From Hemiscyllium ocellatum (taxonomy: Eukaryota), in contig NC_083453.1 in the NCBI RefSeq assembly GCF_020745735.1, positions 23,535,802 through 23,599,801 on the forward strand: a DNA stretch of 64,000 nucleotides, read 5' to 3'. Positions 12,089 to 23,730 of this stretch are shown piece after piece (position 1 is the first letter of the stretch; every line of letters begins with the position of its first letter). Made by a program: the position numbers and the translations under genes. The notes under the pieces are model-generated. The model saw only the letters and a program-made list of their open reading frames with translations, was not told the DNA's origin and ran no database searches.

Positions 12089-12094
12089 GTGTAG

Positions 12095-12103
12095 TTTCTT
12101 TTT
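12095..12103 (+). terminator. Pol III oligo-T terminator
   Basis: TTTCTTTTT starts 7 nt after the tRNA 3' end. Confidence 0.75.
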
Positions 12104-13839
12104 AGGGAGGGAGGCGGTTAAAATACAATCCAGCATAATTTAACGTTCATGTTTTGCTCCTCGAAACGTTCACTTCTCACATAGCAGTCCCTACCTACTG
12201 GCATACTAAGGTACAAACTGCACATCTTGCTTTAGTGTTAATATTTCATAAAGTCCTCTCAACAGGTCAACCAAAACCATGAAAGATCACTTCTGAAAAG
12301 CTTATTACCTATTGTATTAAAAATCATATTCTGCTCACGATGAATTAAATAATCTTTTGATGACCCATTAGACAACAACCTTTAGATTAAAATGCTTCAG
12401 TATTTCTTACATGAAAGATTAACATCCATTTCCTTGATTATTATGTTGTGTTCAAATCGTCTTGTTTACATCATATTCCAGGTACTCAAGAGGAAAACAG
12501 TTGCTGCACTTTGGGGGAGGGTGACATCACATTCTAAGTATGAAAAACATTCATGGAACTAATTGCCACGACGAGTAAAACAATCACTGTACCTAACATT
12601 GCTTTATATTTTTCCATATTTCATGCAGAAATGCACAAGAGTTCCATTTGATTCCACCAGTTTGGATCAACATTAACCCAGCACATGAACCAAACACAAT
12701 GAGAAAACATGTCTATATATCTCAACCTTTTTTTCCTTCATACACCTATCAGGCCCAATCTGAAGTATTGACATTCTTTCTGCCTCAGTCACTAACCTGG
12801 GAAATTAATGCAACAAGACTTCTTCAGAACAATTCAAACAGTCATACCAGATTCAAAACATCTCTCCCCAGATGCTGCCAAACGTGGAGTCTCTTCAGAA
12901 TTTTTTAAAAAATTCAGACTTCCAGCACTTGCAGTTTTTTCCTTTTATGACTGGAAATTAATTTATCTCACAAATGTATGCCCAAGTAAATTTCTCCTGC
13001 CCTTCATTTGAAATCTAAAAAAAAATCAGTGGTCTCAGTGGACATCCTAGGATCTGAATGAGGTGACTGTAGAGAAAATTGATGTATAGTTAAGATTTTC
13101 CAAACTAATTTCTAGAAATGTTTCCAGCAGATCAGAAGTTGGCAAATATAACTGTTCTTTGAGAAAGGAGAGAGAGAGAAAAAGAAAGTAACTGGCCAAT
13201 TATCCTGAAGTTAGTCATTAGTAAAGTGTTGGAATCTATTACTGAGGAAGTCTTAACACATTTGGAAAATTGTAAAATGACCAGTTGGATCAACAGGGTT
13301 TTGTGAAAGAGAAGTCATATTTGAAAATTTATTAGTTTTTTGAAGTTGCATGTTCTAGGGTAGATAACAGAGAGCCGGCAAATAGAGCATACTTGAATAA
13401 CATGCAAGATAAGGGCTCGTGGAGATTGAGTTAATATATATGCATGAATAGAGGAATGGTTAACAGACAGGAAGCAGAAAATGGGATCAAACAGGCACTT
13501 TCAAGTTGGCAGTGGTCAGTAGAATTGGTGGAATTCTGCAAGTGTGGAAAAGGACATGGAAGACCTAGAATGTAGGGAATTAGATGGTGACATCTTGAAA
13601 AATGTCCCTATTACAGAGAAGGAAGTGCCGGATGTCTTGAAACTGGGCTGGGGAAGCCCAGGTTTAAGTTCCACCTGCTCCAGAAGTGTGTAATAACATT
13701 GCCGAACGGGTTGATTAGAAAAATAATATCAAATTTGAAAAGTATGGACTAAGCAACCAAATGTAATATTTCCAAGCTTGCAGATAATATAAAGCAGAGC
13801 AGGAATGTGTGTTGTAAAGGAGATGCAAACTATTTTGGC

Positions 13840-15340
13840 TCGAGAAATCGTGGATGCGTTGGTGATTATTTTCCAGAGTTCGATAGATTCGGGGTCGGTT
13901 CCTGTAGATTGGAGGGTGGCTAATGTTGTACCACTTTTTAAGAAAGGTGAGAGAGAGAAAACAGGAAATTATAGAGCAGTTAGTCTGACCTCAGTGGTGG
14001 GAAAGTTGCTGGAGTCTATTATAAAGCAAGAAATTACAACACATCTGGATAGTAGTAACAGGATAGGTCAGAGTCAGCATGGATTTATGAAGGGGAAATC
14101 ATGCTTGACTAATCTTCTGGAATTTTTTGAGGATGTAACTCTGAAGATGGACGAGGGAGATCCAGTGGATGTAGTGTACCTGGACTTGCAGAAAGCTTTT
14201 GATAACGTCCCACATAGGAGGTTAGTCAGCAAAATTAGGGTGCATGATATTGGGGGCAAAGTACTGACTTGGATTGAAAATTGGTTGGCTGACAGGAAAC
14301 AAAGAGTAGTGATAAACGGCTCCATTTCAAAATGGCAGGCAGTGACCAGTGAGGTACCGCAGGGATCATGCTGGGACCACAGCTTTTTATAATATATGTT
14401 AATGATGTAGAAGATGGTATTAACAAAAACATTAGCAACTTTGCTGATGATACTAAGCTGGGTGGCAGGGTGAAATGTGAGGAGGATGTTAGGAGATTAC
14501 AGGGTGACCTGGACAGGTTAAGTGAGTGGTCAGATGCATGGCAGATGCAGTTTAATGTGGATAAATGTATGGTTATCCACTTTGGTGGCAAGAACAGGAA
14601 AGCAGATTACTACTTAAATGGAATCAATTGAGGTAAAGGGGCAGTACAGAGAGATCTGGGTGTTCTTGTACACCAGTCAATGAACGTAAGCATGCAGATA
14701 CAGCAGGTAGTGAAGAAGGCTAATAGCATGCTGGCCTTCATAACAAGAGAGATTGAGTATAGAAGAAAAAATGTTCTTCTCCAGCTGTACAGGGCCCTGG
14801 TGAGACCACACCTGGAGTACTGTGTGCAGTTCTGGTCTCCAAATTTGAGGAAAGACATTCTGGCTATTGAGGGAGTGCAGCGTAAGTTCACAAGGTCAAT
14901 TCCTGGAATGGCGGGACTACCTTACACTGAAAGACTGGAGCGACTGGGCTTGTATACTCTTGAGTTTAGAAGACTGAGGGGGGAACCTGATTGAGACATA
15001 AGATTACTAAAGGATTGGACACTCTGGAGGCAGGAAACATGTTTCCGCTGATGGGTGAGTCCCGAACCAGAGGACACAGCTTAAAAATACGGGGTAGGCC
15101 ATTTAGGACAGAGATGAGGAGAAACTTCTTCACCCAGAGAGTGGTGGCTGTGTGGAATGCTCTGCCCCAGAGGGCAGCGGAGGCCTGGTCTCTGGATTCA
15201 TTTAAGAAAGAGTTGGATAGAGCTCTCAAGGATAGTGGAATCAAGGAGATAAGGCAGGAACAGGATACTGATTAAGGATGATCAGCCATGATCATATTGA
15301 ATGGTGGTGAATGGCCTACTCCTGCACCTATTGTCTATTG
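13840..15340 (+). mobile_element. CR1-clade LINE, second subfamily
   Basis: NYRAVSLTSVVGK, QHGFMKGKSCLTN, FADDTK; different 3'UTR ending in TATTGTCTATTG. Confidence 0.92.
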
Positions 15341-15344
15341 AAAC

Positions 15345-16885
15345 GCATAAAAGTGGAGAAGTCCCCAGGACCTGATCAGGTGGGAAGCGATTGCTGAGCC
15401 TCTTACTGAGATATTTGTATCATCAATAGTCACAGGTGAGGTGCCGGAAGACTGGAGGTTTGCTAATGTGGTGCCACTGTTTAAGAAGGGTGGTAAGGAT
15501 AAGCCAGGGAACTACATACACACCTGACGTCGGTGGTGGGCAAGTTGTTGGAGGGAATCCTGAGAGACAGGATGTACATGTATTTGGAAAGGCAAGGACT
15601 GATTAGGGATAGTCAACATGTCTTTGTGCATGGGAAATCATGTCTCACAAATTTGATTGAGTTTTTTGAAGGAGTAAGAGAATTGATGAAGGCAGAGCAG
15701 TAGACGTGATCTAATTGGACTTCAGTAAGGTGTTTGATAAGGTTCCCCATGGGAGACTGGTGAGCAAGGTTAGATGTCATGGAATACAGGGAAAACTAGC
15801 CAGTTGGATATAGAACTGGCTCCAAAGTAGAAGTCAGAGGGTACTGGTGGTGGAGGGTTGTTTTTCAGACTGGAGGTCTGTGACCAGTGGAATGCCACAA
15901 GGATCGGTGCTGGGTCCTCTACTTTGTCATTTATATAAATGAATTGGATGTGAACATAGGAGGTATAGTTAGTAAGTTTGCAGATAACACCAAAATTGGA
16001 GGTGTAGTGGACAGCGAAGAAGGTTACCTCAGATTACAACAGGATCTTGATCAAATGGGCCAGTGGGCTGAGGAGTGGCAGATAGAGTTTAATTCTGCGT
16101 TTTGGGAAAGCAAATCATAGCAGGACCTATACACTTAATGGTAAGGTCTTTAGGAGTATTGCTGAACAAAGTGACCTTGGAGTGCAGGTTCATAACTCCT
16201 TGAAAGTAGAGTCACAGGTAAATAGGATAGTGAAGGAGGCATTTGGTATGCTTTCCTTTATTGGTCAGAGTATTGAGTACAGGAGTTGGGAAGTCATGTT
16301 GCAGCTGTACAGGACATTGGTTAGGCCACTGTTGGAATATTGCGTGCAATTCTGGTCTCCTTCCTATCAGAAATATGTTGTGAAACTTGAAAGGGTTCAG
16401 AAAAAATTTACAAGGATGTTGCCAGGGTTGGAGGATTTGAGCTATAGGGAGAGGTTGAATAGGCTGGGGCTGTTTTCCCTGGAGCGTCGGAGGCTGAGGG
16501 GTGACCTTATAGAGGTTTATAAAATCATGAGGGGCATGGATAGGGCAAATAGACAAAGTCTTTTCCCTGGGGTGGATGAAGCACTAGAGGGCATATGTTT
16601 AAAGGTGAGGAGGGAAAGATATAGAAGAGACCTAAGGGGCAAGTTTTTCACACAGAGGGTGGTACATGTATGGAATAAGCTGCCAGAGGGAGTGGTGGAG
16701 GCTGGTACAATTGCAACATTTAAGAGGCATCTGGATGGATACATGAATAGGAAGGGTTTGGAGGGATATAGGCTGCTGCTGGCAAATTGGAGAAGATTAC
16801 GTTGGGATATCTGGTCAGCATGGATGAGTTAGACCGAAGGGTCTGTTTCCATTGCTGTACATCTCTATGACTGTGTGACTCTAAG
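15345..16885 (+). mobile_element. CR1-clade (HER1-like) LINE fragment
   Basis: Highly similar to 9287-10850; degenerate RT and 3' tail. Confidence 0.92.
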
Positions 16886-17645
16886 TGTAACATCAGTGAT
16901 GCAGCCTCAGCTATTTACAATTTACATTAATAGCTTAGACAATGAGACAGACGGTAATACAACTAAGTTCTGTTATGGCATAAAGCTAGGTCAGGAGGCA
17001 AGCTGTGAAGACACAATCATTATGGACAGGTTAAGTAATTGGGCAATGGGTGGGGTGGCTAGATAGAGGTTAATGTAGGTGTGAGTGTAATTTTGTTTAT
17101 TTTTTTGAAAATCTTCTATTCTGAATACTAATGAGACTTTAAATGTTAATGTTCAGAGATACGTGTGCATGTACAAAGGAATACAAAAAATTAGCAGGCA
17201 AATACAAGAGTAAAGTCACCTCGCTCCGATAGTTTAGGCTTTGGGGAGACCACATCTGGAATATCTTAGAATAGTCACAGCACACACAGAGGCCAATCAG
17301 TCTTGTCCACACGTTCTCTACACAGGAGCAGTTTGCTTAGTGCAACACCTCAGCCTTATCTTCATTGCCAAGCACAATGAGATGACAGGATTTTCCGATA
17401 AGAGGCTGAGTAAATTGGATCTATACTGTCTAGAGTTTAGAAAAATGAAAGGCAATAGCTCTGAAACATGGGGAATCTGAAGAGAGTTGACACAAAGTAG
17501 TTGTTTCTGTTAGTTGGGGAAATGGGCCACACTCTCACACTATGATATTAATTGTTTAATCTGGGACGAGAAGACGTTTCTTCTTTCAAAAGGCTGTGAA
17601 TCAACACTGCAGAGCATTGCAGATGCTCAACTGTTGGGTAGGTTA

Positions 17646-17950
17646 TGGGGCAGCACAGTGGTTAGCACTGCTGCCTCACAGTGCCAGACACCCAGGTCTG
17701 ATTCCGGCTTCAGGTGACTGTCTGTCTGTGTGGAGTTTGCACATTCTCCCCGTGTCTCCATGGGTTTCCTCCCACAGTCCAAAAGATGTGCAGGGTAGGT
17801 GAATTGGCCTTGTTACATCGCCCATAGTGTAGCTTGGGTGCATTAGTCAGGGGTAAATGTAGAGGAATGGGTTTGTGTGGGATACTCTTCGGAGGGTTGG
17901 TGTGGACTTCTTGAGCTGAAGGGCCTGTTTCCACACTGCAGGGATTCTGT
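17646..17950 (+). mobile_element. HE1-type SINE
   Basis: GGGGCAGCACAGTGGTTAGCACTGCTGCCTCACAG head, V-SINE core, AAGGGCCTGTTTCCACACTG tail. Confidence 0.82.
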
Positions 17951-18354
17951 AAAATTCTATACTCAAGCTGGGGGAGTCAAATTTCTCAGGCCATCTAACG
18001 ATATGGGAAGCTGACACGAAAAGGAGTTGAGACAGGTAGTTAGTTGGGATCTTACTGATTAGTAAAGCAGATTTAAGTGCTGTTTGGCCTACTCCTACTT
18101 CTTTTTCTTACATTCTATGACCCTCAGTATCTGATGTCTTATGGTCCTCAAAATTAGCATCAACCTGCTTCTATCCTGCCCTATTGTTACACATGACATT
18201 GCATTTTTCACCCTAACAACAATAACTTGGATTTATACAGCATTGTTAAAATGGTAACAATGACTCACCAGGCATGATCAAACAAACTGGACACCAAGTC
18301 ACATAGTCAGTTCTGGCAACCAAGCACTTCACCAAAGTGTTAGGTTTCACAAAG

Positions 18355-18523
18355 AAACCCAAACATACAAATAGAAAGCAGGAATTTTCAGCATTGCTTC
18401 ACCTGAGGCCCACTGAAGATGTTACCTAGTGGGGTAACGAAACGTCTAGAAATGAACCTTCCAGCTCAGCGAGCAAACCTACATCCAAAACCTCAACCTG
18501 AGCTGCAAATCTTCTCAAAACTC
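18355..18523 (+). mobile_element. Solo Penelope (Poseidon-type) terminal cassette with 11-bp TSD
   Basis: GTTTCACAAAG at 18344-18354 and 18524-18534; similar to 39130-39275 and 60020-60154. Confidence 0.8.
18413..18446 (+). ncRNA. Minimal type I hammerhead ribozyme
   Basis: CTGAAGA-T-GTTACC-TAGTGG-GGTAAC-GAAAC-GTC: CUGANGA/GAAA core, 6-bp helix II, GUC triplet. Confidence 0.78.
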
Positions 18524-18624
18524 GTTTCACAAAGTGTCCTACAGGAAGGAGGAGGAGCAAACTTCCACCAAGAATGGCAGCACTTTACCTTTAGAGTCCA
18601 TTCTTCATGTATGAATCTACTGAA

Positions 18625-20857
18625 ACTAAAAATCACACAGCACCAGGTTATAGTCCAACAGGTTTATTTGGAAGCACTCGCTTTAGGAGCGCTGCTCCTT
18701 CATCAGGTGGTTGTGGAGTATGAGATCGTAAGACACAGAATTTATAGCAAAAGTTTACAGTGTGATGCAACTGAAATTATTTATTGAAAAAGACCTGGAG
18801 TGTTTGTTAAGTCTCTCGTCTTTTAGAAAGACCATGTTGGTTTCAGCTCTTTCATCCATAAATCCCAGAACTTGTTTTTTAAAAGTTACACTCTCAAGTG
18901 AATTTTAATAATAGGTGCCATGTCAGCTCAAATAATGCATTGAAGGTGTGAGGTGCCCTGTGTGAGGCTGTCTGTGCCTCAGTTTCAGACTGATTCCATT
19001 TCTAAAAAAAAAATAGAAATAGAAATCTTACATGGATTCATGCAGTTTTAGAGCAAAATAAGATGTAATTCTGCAAGTACAAATTCATCCCACAAACAGG
19101 TGTGTGTGTGTGTGTGTTGCAGTGGGGTCAGCTGTTGTGTCACCTGAACCCAAGATCCCAGTTGTGGCCATCCCCATGGGTACCAAATTTGGTTATCAGC
19201 CACTTTGCATCATTGCCTATCCCGAAGTCCACCTTGGAGTATGGTCACCCGAAGGTCTGAGGTCAAATGTCCCGGACTGCTGAAGTGTTCCCCAACTGGG
19301 AGGGAACACTCCTGTCTGTTGATTGTTGTGCGCTGTCCATTCATTTGTTGCCATAGCCTCCATTTGGTCTCACCAACATACCATGCCTCAGGGCATCCTT
19401 GCCTGCAGTGTATGAGATAGACAACACTGGCTAAGTCACATGAGTATATGCTGCGTCCATGGTGGGTGGTGCCTCACGTGTAACGGTGGGATCCATGTCA
19501 ACGCTCTGACATTTCTTGCAGTGTCTGCTGTGACAGGGTTTTATGGTATTGTCCTGAAAGCCCGGCAGTTTGCTGTGAACAATGATCTGTTTGAGGTTTG
19601 CTGGTTGTTTAAAGGCACGAAACAGAGATGTGGGGAAGGTCTTAGCGAGGTGCTCATACTCATTGATGATGATGTGTTGCAGGCTGCGAAGAATGTGGTA
19701 TAGTTTTTCAGCTCCTGGGAAGGGTACCCTGTCAGTTGCAGCTCGTCTGTCTCCTGAGGAGGTCAGTACAGTTTCTCACCTTGGCACGACAGAACTGGTG
19801 GTCGATGAATTGAGCATCTTGGGCTGTTCTTATGAGAGCATCCTTGAGTACTTCCAAATGCCCATCATGTTCCTCCTCATCTGAATAGATCCTGGGTACG
19901 TGCAGGGGATGGCTGTTTTAACGTGTTTCAGGTGGAACTGAAGAAGTGTAGCATCGTGAGGTTATCCGTGGGTTTGCGGTAGAGTGATGTGCTGAGGTGC
20001 CCATCCTTGATAGATATGCACGTGTCCAAGAATGAGACATTGGTGAGACCGAGCAGAGGCTACAGCAAGGGATGAAATGGACACCGCACAACAGTCAACA
20101 GACAGGAGTGTTCCCTCCCACTCCAAGAACACTTCAGCGGTCCAGGACATTCAACCTCGGACTTTCAGGTGACTATCCAAAGTTGCCTTCGGGACAGGCA
20201 ACAACGCAATGTGGCCGATAAGGGACGGCCTCAACCACCATCTTGGGTTCATGTCACACTACAGGTGACCCCACTACACCACACACATCCTACGGACTCA
20301 TACACAAGCTCTCTTGCATATGCTCACACTTATACCCTTTACACTCACCCACACTCTCACATAAGTTTGTGGGGTGAACTTGTACTTGCAGAATTACATT
20401 TTATTTTGCTCAAAATCTGCATGAACCCATGTAAGATTCTGTAAAACCCTTTTTTAGAAATAGAATCAGTCTGAACATTGGGGCACAGACAGCCTCACAC
20501 AGGGCACCTCACACCTTCAATACATTATCTGAGATAACATGGCACCTATTGTTAAAGTTCACTTGAGAATGTAACTTTTAAAAAGGTTCTGGGATTTACA
20601 TAAGAACTGAAACCAACATGGTCATTCTAAAAGAGGAAAGACTTAAACAATCCAGGTCTTTTTCAATATATAATTTCAGTTACATCACACTATAAACTAT
20701 AAATTCTGGCACCACCAATCTGACACTCCACAACCACCTGAAGGAGCAGCGCTCTGAAAGCTAGTGCTTCCAAATAAACCTGTTGGACTATAATCTGGCG
20801 TTGTGTGGTTTTTAAACTTTGTACACCCCAGTCCAACACTGGCACCTCCAAATCATC
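18625..20857. mobile_element. Degenerate Penelope-like element with ~480-bp inverted termini and 12-bp TSD
   Basis: ~18628-19110 and ~20355-20830 are reverse complements; interior has decayed endonuclease-region sequence in both orientations; GAATCTACTGAA at 18613-18624 and 20858-20869. Confidence 0.82.
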
Positions 20858-21134
20858 GAATCTACTGAAGATACGTCACCTGAAAAGAAAATCACAATCA
20901 AATTCAATCTAGTCCTGGCCAAACATCTGCACGTACTGACATTTTCTAGCAAATCTGTGTAACAATAAAGATCTGGGCAAGGACATGATGATACAAAATT
21001 TAACCCAAGCCACCAAAGTCAATATTAGGGACAAGTGACCCAAAGCTTAGTGAAGGAAGTAGAAGGGAAAGGAAAGGAAGGTAAAAAAGGAATAGAGAGA
21101 TGGAAATTTGGATAAGGAATTCCAAAGCCCAAGG

Positions 21135-21345
21135 CCCTGGTACGTGTATGGAATGAACTGTCAGAAGTGGTGGAGGCTGGTACAATTACAACGTTTAAAA
21201 GGCATCTGGATGGCGATATGAATGGGAAGGGTTTAGAGGATTATGGGTCAAATGCTGGCAAATGGGGTTAGATCTATTTAGGATAGTTGGTTGGCATGGA
21301 TGGGAAACCGAGGGGTCTGTTTTCATACTGTACATCTGACTCTGT
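21135..21345 (+). mobile_element. CR1/HER1 3' fragment
   Basis: GTATGGAATGAACTG..GGCTGGTACAATTACA matches the 3' ends of the other copies. Confidence 0.75.
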
Positions 21346-21574
21346 GGTGGCTACTCCTTCAGCTGCCTACGTAGTGGACATTAAAGTTGTGGATGCTGAA
21401 GAACACAGATCTTGGGGTGGTTTTAAATGGCTGGAGGAGGTGACAGAGAAAACGAGGGACATAGGGACTGGAGATCAGGAGGGGTATAAGGGCTTGAGGA
21501 GGTTACAGATAGGGATAGATGTAGGGGCTGAAGGAAGTTAGAGATAGAGAGGAGCGTAGGGTGTTGTAGGAGAT

Positions 21575-22065
21575 AGAGTCATACAGCACAGAAACAGACC
21601 CTTTGGTCCATTTTGTCCACGTCAACTAGATATCCCAATATGGCCTAGTCCTAATTTGCCAGCATTTGGCCCATAGCCCTCTAAACACTTTATTCACATA
21701 CCCATCCCATTGCCTTTTTAAAAAGTGTAGTACCAGCCTCCACCACTTCCTCTGGCAGCTCATTCCACGTATGTCCCATCCTCAGGTTAGTATTTGGTCT
21801 TTGTCTCTTTTCCACCTCAGGTCCTTTTTAAAATCTTTCCCCTCTCATCTTAAACCTATGCCCTCTAGTTTTGGACTCCCCTACCCTTGGGGGGGGGGGG
21901 GGGGGGGGGGGGGGGGAGAAAGACCTTGCCTATTCACCTTATTCATGCCCTTGATTTTAGAAATCTGTATAGAAAAAAAGTCACCCCTCAGCCTCCTACA
22001 CTCCAGAGAGGAAAAAAAAAGCCTCCGCCTATTCAGCCTCTCCTTATAGATCAAACCCTAGCGTC
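21575..22065 (-). mobile_element. CR1/HER1 3' fragment containing a G28 run (21889-21916)
   Basis: Reverse complement of the HER1-like 3' end. Confidence 0.8.
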
Positions 22066-22809
22066 CTAGTCACAGATATACAGAAGGATATAGGGGATTG
22101 TAGAAGGTTGGGGGGGGGTCGCCACAAAGCAATTCACAAAAGGATGAGAGGACGAGAGCAAATATCTGGCATACTTTTTGAAGAATTCTGTGGAACTTTA
22201 AAAAACAAATAGGAATTACAACAAATAGTGGTTGTTTAAGCTTTTGATATATTTCTACATACACCTTTAAGTTAGTTCAAAACAGGAAGTCTGCTTTTTC
22301 ACAAATTAGAAGTTCATATTCTAAGGCTACATTAAGTACAAAAGGAAAATGCAGTCTAATTGGGAGACTGTTTAAAAAGGAACAATACAAACTCCTTAGG
22401 AGGGAGCACAAAATGAATTTCCAATTTCTGTTAAAGTATAAATTTAACCTTCATTATCAAAGCCTTATTTTGGGAAATTTCCAAAACTCCAGTAGCCAGG
22501 TCTATTTTACAGAAGCACATCAAATACTATTTAAATACAACAGATCCAAGGACAAGACTTTGTATAATCAACCCTTCAAAATGTCATAACATTGCTCAAT
22601 CTGAAGAAGTTTTCACGACTTGAGACCACAGTTTGACACCATCATGACTCACAGGCAAGGGATAGCCATTGGCCAACACATGGACACCACTGGCCTTGGA
22701 ATGTCAGCTCAGCATGCACAGGGGTGGCAGCAGGGAAGGGAGGAAAAAAATAAGAGTCAAAACCTCCAATACTACAACAATGTGGAGAATCAGAAAACAA
22801 CAACAAAAA

Positions 22810-22995
22810 AAATTGCTGGAAAAGCTCAGCAGGTCTGGCAGCATCTGCAGAGAAATCAGAATCAACGTTTCGGCTCCAGTGACTAAGGAAGGATCACTGG
22901 ACCTGAAACATTAATTCTGATTTCTCGCCACAAATGCTGCCAGATCTGCTAAATGGCTCCAGCAAACTCTTTGTTTGATTTACAACATCCACTTT
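22810..22995. mobile_element. Older fold-back Penelope-derived cassette (relatives at ~45950-46135, 53540-53650, 61440-61540)
   Basis: CAGCAGGTCTGGCAGCATCTG..ATGCTGCCAGATCTGCT inverted arms with a decayed GAAAC motif. Confidence 0.65.
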
Positions 22996-23724
22996 CAGTT
23001 TTTAAGTTGGTGTACAGGATCAGCCACTGGAACTGCAAAGAGTATGCAAACATTTCCCACCACCACCTACGTTTCCCCCCCCTCCACCCCAAAAAAGCCT
23101 GGTGGGCCAAAACTGGACTCAGTACTCCACGTAAATCTGACTTAAGCAGGGACTTCCTTAAAGTAGTTTTCAGGCGTATTGATTTTGCACTGCAGCATTC
23201 CATTTGCTTTATTAAAGTGATTGGACATATATCCAATATCTATTTTGGCTTCCAATTTGCATAGAGATCAGCTATTTTGTTCCATTCCTACATTTCGGTG
23301 CAGCTATCGCCACATCGACTGACATTTTGATTTGTACTGCCCAAGCAGAGGTTTAATTTGGCATTCATCCGTACAATTCTCCACTTTGCGTAAACCTCTC
23401 TCATATTTTGCAGATGAACACTACAAGAACAAGCTGACAAGACGAACAAGCCCATCGGGTATGTAATTAACCAGCCAATGTCACTCTGGTGGGCAAGTCC
23501 AAACATTTGAAACTGTGTACCAGAATGTAGTGCAGAATGCAACTAGCCCCGTGCTCAGCTGGAACAGAACGTCCTGGCTGAGGGTAGTGAGCAAAATGGA
23601 GAGGATAAACCATGCTGGAAGCAAGGTTGGTGAGACAGGAAAATAAAAGACTGGCACATGCACAGACAGCGCAAGTTGGGAGGGGAAAAAAAAAAGACAC
23701 AAAGACCAAATACATAGTATGAGT

Positions 23725-23730
23725 TTTATT
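23725..23730 (-). terminator. RNF41: Probable RNF41 poly(A) signal (3'UTR ~23710-27324)
   Basis: AATAAA on minus followed by GU/U-rich TTTGGTCTTTGTGTCTTTTTTTTT; closes an AT-rich tract with no recognisable repeats. Confidence 0.6.

Noticed and set aside
17646-17715. tRNA-like sequences at SINE heads
   Set aside because: No complete cloverleaf; they continue into SINE bodies.
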